This document shows, piece after piece, positions 1 through 4,948 of a stretch of 10,398 nt of DNA (position 1 is its first letter; each line of letters opens with the position of its first letter). This DNA is from Candidatus Methylomirabilis sp. (GTDB taxonomy: Bacteria; Methylomirabilota; Methylomirabilia; Methylomirabilales; Methylomirabilaceae). Below the pieces are notes generated by a model. It was not told the DNA's origin, searched no databases, and saw only the letters and a list, made by a program, of their open reading frames with translations. The translations under genes were made by a program, and so were the position numbers. Location: positions 1-10,398 of the forward strand of contig JBGQJI010000089.1 in the NCBI GenBank assembly GCA_041498975.1, in the 5' to 3' direction.

Positions 1-14
1 CCGCAGCCAATAAC

Positions 15-43
15 ATAATATCGGATAGAAAGCAAAAAGTCAA
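15..43 (-). promoter_or_regulatory. Putative sigma70 promoter firing leftward out of the window
   Basis: The minus strand reads TTGACT (43-38), a 17-nt spacer, then TATTAT (20-15), within an AT-rich intergenic stretch. Confidence 0.6.
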
Positions 44-156
44 TGAAATTCTTAACAACTAGTAGCACGACGATTAATAAAAAGTCTTTCCGCCACCCTG
101 CGCCCTCGACTCCAGACCTCCTGTCTTAGGGCTCCCCTCGATGATGGCTGCGTAGC

Positions 157-360
157 ATGGAACCCGACCCATCCGCCGGCTTGAAGATCGTCCAGAAGAT
201 CGTCTGCCCGATCTGTGGCGCCGAAGGGAAGCTTATCCTGCCTTCACGCGATTCCGAGCGCTGCGTCGCCCTTCAGCGGGTGCGCTGCGATTCGTGCGGA
301 ATCGAGCGGACCGTCTTCCTCAAGTTTCCGGAAGAGGAGGAGGCATGGGGGCCGCAGTAA
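157..360 (+). CDS. Small hypothetical zinc-ribbon-like protein (67 aa)
   Basis: Two Cys pairs (CPICG and CDSCG) with beta-strand-like segments and an acidic tail. Co-oriented with the next gene and ends 13-22 nt before it. No clear SD. Confidence 0.55.
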   Translation: MEPDPSAGLKIVQKIVCPICGAEGKLILPSRDSERCVALQRVRCDSCGIERTVFLKFPEEEEAWGPQ

Positions 361-382
361 CTTTTCGGCGTGAGTGTCCGAC

Positions 383-1510
383 ATGACCCTGAGCCGCACG
401 GCCAAGGTTTTGATCTTCCTCGCCGCCGGCCTCGTGCTGTTCTGCGTTGCGGCGCTGGTCGGCTACAGGGTGCTGACGAGGACGATCCATACGTGCCTCC
501 TGGCTGTCCTCGGACCTGAGGCGTCAGTGGACGGGGTGGAGGTGGGCCTCAGGCATGTCACGGTCAACAACCTTCGCATCACCCGCAAGGGCGTCTCCGC
601 TCCTTTGACTGTCCATCGGATCGTCGTGACGCCGAGCCTCCGCAGCCTGCCCACCGGCCAGATCCGGCTTTCGAGCGTGGAGCTGGAGCGCCCGGAGGTA
701 GTGGTCGCGATCCGGCCGAACGGAAGCGTGGAACTCCCCCTGGCATTGCCGGCGCCGGCACAGGGGATACCGAGGGGATGCCGGATAGCTCAAGTGGCAA
801 TATCCGAAGTCCTGGTTCATGACGGTCGGATAGAGCTGATCGATCGGACCGTCCGAGGACCTCCTGTCCGCTTGCGCCTGGAACAGGTTCAGGCAAAGGT
901 CCAACAACTTGCCGTTCCGCTTGCGCCGGGCAAGAGCCCTTTGGAGTTTGAGGGGGTCCTGAGGGGCAAGAAGGTGGACGGCCGAGTCCGGCTCTCGGGC
1001 TGGGTTGAACCGATCACTCAGGATGCCTCCGTCGAGGCGACGCTCCGCTCGATCGACCTGACCCTTCTTGGCCCTTACCTCCTGACCGTTCAAGAGGCCA
1101 AGGTAGAACGTGGACGTCTGGACATGGACCTCGATTTTCAGGTTCGCCAGAGAAAGGTCAACGCGCCGGGGAAGGCCACCCTCGCGGACCTTGAGCTCAG
1201 GTCCCCTCCTGGCGTCGTGAATGCGTTCTTGGGCCTGCCACGGCAGGGCATCTTGAACATGCTGAAGACCCGGGAAGGGAAGATTGAGATCATATTCCGG
1301 GTTGAAGGCGATCTCAGCGATCCCCGTTTTCAGCTCCAACAGTCCTTCGCCACCGCCATGGCCTCGGGACTGGCCGAGCAGCTCGGCGTTAGCGTGAAAG
1401 GTGTCGCGAGTGGCGTTGTGACGCTGGGGAGGAAGGGCGCGGAGGGGGTGGGCGACACGGCGCAGCAGCTCGGCAGAGGGCTGAAGCGGCTTTTTCAGGG
1501 GGGGCGGTAA
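383..1510 (+). CDS. DUF748 / AsmA-like membrane-anchored protein
   Basis: N-terminal TM helix (VLIFLAAGLVLFCVAALVGY), then repeating amphipathic beta strands (IRLSSVELERPEVVV, ISEVLVHDGRIELIDR, LRSIDLTLLGPYL, GRLDMDLDF) and a C-terminal VEGDLSDPRF motif typical of DUF748/AsmA-like proteins. Start is ATG383 or GTG374. Confidence 0.8.
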   Translation: MTLSRTAKVLIFLAAGLVLFCVAALVGYRVLTRTIHTCLLAVLGPEASVDGVEVGLRHVTVNNLRITRKGVSAPLTVHRIVVTPSLRSLPTGQIRLSSVELERPEVVVAIRPNGSVELPLALPAPAQGIPRGCRIAQVAISEVLVHDGRIELIDRTVRGPPVRLRLEQVQAKVQQLAVPLAPGKSPLEFEGVLRGKKVDGRVRLSGWVEPITQDASVEATLRSIDLTLLGPYLLTVQEAKVERGRLDMDLDFQVRQRKVNAPGKATLADLELRSPPGVVNAFLGLPRQGILNMLKTREGKIEIIFRVEGDLSDPRFQLQQSFATAMASGLAEQLGVSVKGVASGVVTLGRKGAEGVGDTAQQLGRGLKRLFQGGR

Positions 1511-1658
1511 AGACGGGCGAGGCGAGACGCGTCGGTTTTGGACTAAACGTCATCGGGGTGCTGGGTGTCAGATGGTCGGAAGAAGGCAAATCTGGCTCTC
1601 GGCACCGCACGAGAAGGATGGATCGTCGGGCGACGAGGGCCAATAACATAAGGAGGTA

Positions 1659-2249
1659 ATGACTATGCGGCCAATCGTCACTGCCCTGCTGCTCTTGGCG
1701 GGGGTTCTAGGACCCGGTATTTCGCCTGCCTGGCACCATGTCGCCTTCGCCGAAGAGGGATGCGCCGTGCCCGGGATGATGAGGCAACAGATGCACCCTG
1801 GAATGCGTCGGAGTATGGGGATGCCCGGGCCTTCGTATTACGGGCGTGAGGGGCACGACGGCCCGCTCATCAGCCTGATGCTCCAGTGGAAAGATCAGCT
1901 CGGGTTGACCGCCGATCAGGAGCGTTCACTCAGGGAGCTGCGAGCAAGCTTCGAGAAGGAGGCGATTACCCGGACCTCGGAAATCGACGTGGCGGAGCTG
2001 GAGTTGAAGGATCTGCTGGAGCAGGACAAGGTGGACTTGACCAAGGTCGGGCCCCAGACGAAGAAGGTGGCCCTCCTCCGTGCGGATCTCAGGCTGGCCA
2101 GAATCAAGACCATTGAGGCCGGCAAGGCGCTGCTCTCGTCGGATCAGCAGGAGAAATTCAAACGGTTGGCTCGCGAATCGTGGACGGGTGGCATGGGCAT
2201 GGGCATGATGGGGCCTGGGATGCGTCCGATGCCGCCGCCGGCTCATTGA
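1659..2249 (+). CDS. Spy/CpxP/ZraP-like periplasmic helical protein (periplasmic heavy-metal sensor / chaperone family)
   Basis: Strong SD AAGGAGGT just upstream, Sec-type signal peptide, LGLTADQ and LLSSDQQEKF (LTxxQ-type) motifs flanking a coiled-coil hairpin, and Met/Gly/His-rich termini. Confidence 0.85.
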   Translation: MTMRPIVTALLLLAGVLGPGISPAWHHVAFAEEGCAVPGMMRQQMHPGMRRSMGMPGPSYYGREGHDGPLISLMLQWKDQLGLTADQERSLRELRASFEKEAITRTSEIDVAELELKDLLEQDKVDLTKVGPQTKKVALLRADLRLARIKTIEAGKALLSSDQQEKFKRLARESWTGGMGMGMMGPGMRPMPPPAH

Positions 2250-2293
2250 GCGCCGGATTGAATTCGTCGGACAATAATGAGAGGGTGCGCGGG

Positions 2294-3340
2294 CTACTTC
2301 CGGGGACGAGCCGCAGCGGAGTCAGCCGCCTTGTGTCGGCCCTGGGCGAACTTGGCGGCCAGCAGGATCGCCTCCACCATGCTGCGGGGATTAGCGGTGC
2401 CGGTCCCGGCGATATCGAAGGCGGTGCCGTGATCGACCGAGGTGCGGATGATCGGAAGCCCGACGGTGACATTCACCCCCCGGTCGAACCCGATCAGCTT
2501 CAGTGGGATATGCCCCTGGTCGTGGTACATCGCGACGATGGCGTCGAATTCGCCCAGCTTGTGCCGGTAGAAAAGGGTGTCTGGGGGATAGGGACCGCTC
2601 GCTTTGATCCCTTCGGCCTTGGCCGCCTCCACCGCAGGTGTGATCTCCTCCAGCTCCTCTCGGCCGAACAGGCCATTCTCGCCGGCATGGGGGTTCAGGC
2701 CGGCGACGGCAATCTGCTTCTTCCTGGACCCGAGGTCGCAAAGCGCCTGATGCGCGAGGCGAATCACGGTGAGGATCCTCGGCTTTTTCACTTTATCGCA
2801 GGCATTTCGAAGCGACGTGTGAGACGAGACATGGATGACCCGCATTCGGCCGACAACCAGGAGCATCGCGTAGTCTCTGGTCCCGGTTCGCCCGGCGAAT
2901 AGCTCGGTGTGGCCTTCGTACTTGAAGCCCGCCTGGACCATGGCCTCCTTGTTGAGCGGGGCGGTCACGACGCCATCCAGCTCCTTCGCCACCGTGAGGT
3001 CGATCGCCTTGTAGAGGTACTCCACCGCGGCCCTCCCACACTGGGCCGAGAGGACACCGGGCGGACAGCTCGCGGCGTCGATGTTCTTCAGGTCCAGCAC
3101 CTCCAGAATCCCCGGATCTCCCGTGGCCTCGGCCGGTGAGGCGATGGCTCGAACGGAAAGGTCAAGGCGGCAGAGGCGGGTCGCCCGCCGCATGATCCCG
3201 GCCTCGCCGATGACCACCCGGCGGCAGGAGGCGCGCACCTCCTCCTGCGTCACCGCCTTGACCACGATCTCGGGGCCGATCCCCGCCGGGTCCCCGATGG
3301 TCAATCCCAAGGACGGACGAAAGGTCTCTTGTCTGCCCAT
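2294..3340 (-). CDS. pdxA: PdxA-family dehydrogenase (4-hydroxythreonine-4-phosphate dehydrogenase / PdxA2-like), 348 aa
   Basis: GDPAGIGPEI N-terminal motif, TAPLNKE, metal-ligand motifs GHTE, NPHAGE and MYHDQG, and RTSVDHGTAFDIAG. The real start is ATG at 3340 after SD GGGGAG; the 748-aa track ORF is over-extended upstream. Confidence 0.93.
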   Translation of the reverse strand: MGRQETFRPSLGLTIGDPAGIGPEIVVKAVTQEEVRASCRRVVIGEAGIMRRATRLCRLDLSVRAIASPAEATGDPGILEVLDLKNIDAASCPPGVLSAQCGRAAVEYLYKAIDLTVAKELDGVVTAPLNKEAMVQAGFKYEGHTELFAGRTGTRDYAMLLVVGRMRVIHVSSHTSLRNACDKVKKPRILTVIRLAHQALCDLGSRKKQIAVAGLNPHAGENGLFGREELEEITPAVEAAKAEGIKASGPYPPDTLFYRHKLGEFDAIVAMYHDQGHIPLKLIGFDRGVNVTVGLPIIRTSVDHGTAFDIAGTGTANPRSMVEAILLAAKFAQGRHKAADSAAARPRK

Positions 3341-3364
3341 TATTCTCCCCCAAAAGCGAAGCGG

Positions 3365-3373
3365 ATCATAGCA
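3365..3373 (-). promoter_or_regulatory. Putative extended -10 promoter for pdxA
   Basis: The minus strand reads TG-C-TATGAT about 25 nt upstream of the pdxA ATG. Confidence 0.45.
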
Positions 3374-3401
3374 CAACCCCCTTCCTCTCTCCAGGCTTTT
3401 C

Positions 3402-3410
3402 TGGTATAGT
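3402..3410 (+). promoter_or_regulatory. Putative extended -10 promoter for the BON lipoprotein gene
   Basis: TG-G-TATAGT on the + strand, divergent from the pdxA promoter. Confidence 0.45.
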
Positions 3411-3566
3411 GACCCCGCGCTGCAGCGCCTTCTGACGCCCTGAGGGGTTTGTCGGCGCTTCGTTAGACCGGGTAGCCAATTGGTCCTGGCCGTGGTCGGG
3501 TGCGGGCCATGGGCAGGGATGACCCGTCCTTCAACCAACAACCCGATCTGGAAAAGGAGGTATGGA

Positions 3567-3893
3567 ATGCCATTCATGAACCGACACGGCGTAGCCTTCG
3601 TGGCCGCACTCATGATCTCCGTTCCCTTGCTCCAGGCCTGCGCCCCCACCGCCACCCGAGAGAGCACCGGGGAGTACCTCGATGATAGCGCCATCACCAC
3701 GAAGATCAAGACGAAGCTCCTTGGGGACCCTCTGATAAGTGGCTTTGCAATTTCGGTGGAGACTTTCCGGGGACGGGTGATCCTGTCGGGGTTTGTCAAC
3801 TCGCAAGCCCAGCTCGATCGGGCGGTCGCGTTGGCCAGGGAAGTCCCCGGTGTCCGGGAGGTGCAATCGGCGTTGGTGATCAAGAGCAAGTAG
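3567..3893 (+). CDS. BON-domain (OsmY-like) lipoprotein, 108 aa
   Basis: SD AAGGAGG at 3554-3560, 6 nt before ATG3567. Signal peptide with lipobox LQAC, followed by a single BON domain (STGEYLDDSAITTKIKTKLL...ISVETFRGRVILSGFV...AREVPGVREVQSAL). Confidence 0.92.
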   Translation: MPFMNRHGVAFVAALMISVPLLQACAPTATRESTGEYLDDSAITTKIKTKLLGDPLISGFAISVETFRGRVILSGFVNSQAQLDRAVALAREVPGVREVQSALVIKSK

Positions 3894-4034
3894 GCGAGCG
3901 ATCCGAAATCCCGTTGGCGGCGTAGAGACTGCCCGATGTCCACCTGCACACTCCCCCCATGGCTGATCGATCCTCGGGCCATCGCTGTGGGATTCGCGGA
4001 CGACTGATCTGATTGCGACCAGGTTTGAGGCGCC

Positions 4035-4436
4035 ATGGAAGGGATGTTCCAGACTCTCCAACAGACGATACAACTGATTTTTTGGCAAGGGTTCGACCTG
4101 GCCTCTGCCGTCGCTGACCTGCTCTGGACGTCGTCCGTCGCTCTGCCGGTGTTGGCCTTTGTCGGCATTATCCTCGTCGCCTTTCTGCTCGGCCTGTTCC
4201 TCGGGCGGCTCTCGAAGCATCGGGTTTCAGAAGTGTCAAAGTTTTCGAAAGAAGGTGAAGCGGACCGTATCCCGTTGGATCTGGAGAAGTTGAGGCCGCT
4301 TGGCTTGTCTGCAGAAGAAGAGGTTGAAGTCGAGGTGATGGATATCTCCAGCATGGAACCCGATGAGTCGATCGAGAGAACTGCACGGATCGACCGTTGG
4401 GATCGGCTGGGACCCGGTGCCGCCTCACAGAGATAG
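4035..4436 (+). CDS. Hypothetical membrane protein (133 aa)
   Basis: GAGG SD, one long hydrophobic segment (VALPVLAFVGIILVAFLLGLFLG) followed by basic residues and an acidic C-terminal region. No family recognised. Confidence 0.55.
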   Translation: MEGMFQTLQQTIQLIFWQGFDLASAVADLLWTSSVALPVLAFVGIILVAFLLGLFLGRLSKHRVSEVSKFSKEGEADRIPLDLEKLRPLGLSAEEEVEVEVMDISSMEPDESIERTARIDRWDRLGPGAASQR

Positions 4437-4502
4437 CTCCCCCCAGACGCCATTTGCAGGCTCCAATTCGTTTGAATCCAATATACACGCAGAATGTCAT
4501 GT

Positions 4503-4629
4503 GTCATCGCGAGGAAGTATAGCGATCGAAGCGATCTCAAACGCGGCGAGTTGCCACCCCTTCGCGGAGTTTATCCTGAGCGAAGCCGAAGGGCTCTGGG
4601 CTTCGGCTTATCTAGTCGCTCGCAATGAC
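4503..4629. repeat. REP-like palindromic element with a nested second palindrome
   Basis: Terminal inverted repeat GTCATCGCGAG (4503-4513) / CTCGCAATGAC (4619-4629), 10/11 match. Internal CCCTTCG (4558-4564) / CGAAGGG (4587-4593), and a perfect 9-bp AAGCCGAAG (4583-4591) / CTTCGGCTT (4601-4609). Confidence 0.7.
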
Positions 4630-4696
4630 GATCTAACAGGATTTTGCCCGCTTGTATTAGTGAGCGTCTACTCACCTCCCGATCCGAGTTTTTTGC

Positions 4697-4725
4697 TTGA
4701 CAACGCTATTCGAGTTAAATAAGTT
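4697..4725 (+). promoter_or_regulatory. Putative sigma70 promoter P1 of the fdh operon
   Basis: TTGACA (4697-4702), 17-nt spacer, TAAGTT (4720-4725), preceded by a T-tract. Confidence 0.65.
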
Positions 4726-4739
4726 TGATCCGGATCAAA
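4724..4739. promoter_or_regulatory. FNR/CRP-family (FNR/FixK/DNR-type) binding site
   Basis: Perfect 16-bp palindrome TTTGATCCGGATCAAA containing the exact FNR consensus TTGAT-N4-ATCAA (4725-4738), about 210 nt upstream of a respiratory molybdo/tungstoenzyme gene. Confidence 0.8.
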
Positions 4740-4760
4740 ATCATCGTGGTAGGTTCATTC

Positions 4761-4766
4761 TATTCT
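4761..4766 (+). promoter_or_regulatory. Putative -10 element of an FNR-activated class II promoter P2
   Basis: TATTCT is positioned so that the FNR box centre (4731/4732) falls at -41.5 for a +1 at about 4773. Confidence 0.45.
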
Positions 4767-4948
4767 GTTGGCTGGTTTTCTCACCATTTTTCCCCGTGTC
4801 ATTCACCCCGTCTCCGGCCTAATCGGCCTCCCATCCAGCAAAGCTGTCTGTAGAGGCTCGTCTTGAATGATCGGATGCAGGAGCTTGAGAGGGCAAGACT
4901 CCAACTTGTCGCCCACTGTGCGTGAATAGAATAGAAAGGAGTCCAGAG

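Noticed and set aside
1584..1620. GGCAAA suggesting a c-di-GMP-I riboswitch upstream of the Spy-like gene
   Set aside because: Lacks the GNRA-capped P2 stem and the following GACGCAAAG consensus.
2180..2902. 240-aa plus-strand ORF overlapping the Spy-like gene end and pdxA
   Set aside because: Shadow frame antisense to pdxA.
3480..3566. Longer start (TTG3480) for the BON protein
   Set aside because: A strong SD and an intact lipoprotein signal peptide point to ATG3567.
3341..4540. 400-aa N-terminal extension of pdxA in the 748-aa track ORF (apparent fusion protein)
   Set aside because: The extension is antisense to the well-supported BON gene and the 4035-4436 ORF and has no protein-like features. 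PdxA homology starts at ATG3340, which has its own SD and a candidate promoter.
4503..4629. CRISPR array, tRNA or intrinsic terminator interpretation of the palindrome
   Set aside because: No regularly spaced direct repeats, no cloverleaf or T-loop signature, and no U-tract directly after a stem.
4363..4722. 119-aa ORF crossing the palindromic element
   Set aside because: It runs through the REP-like repeat and the promoter, has no SD and has no protein-like character.
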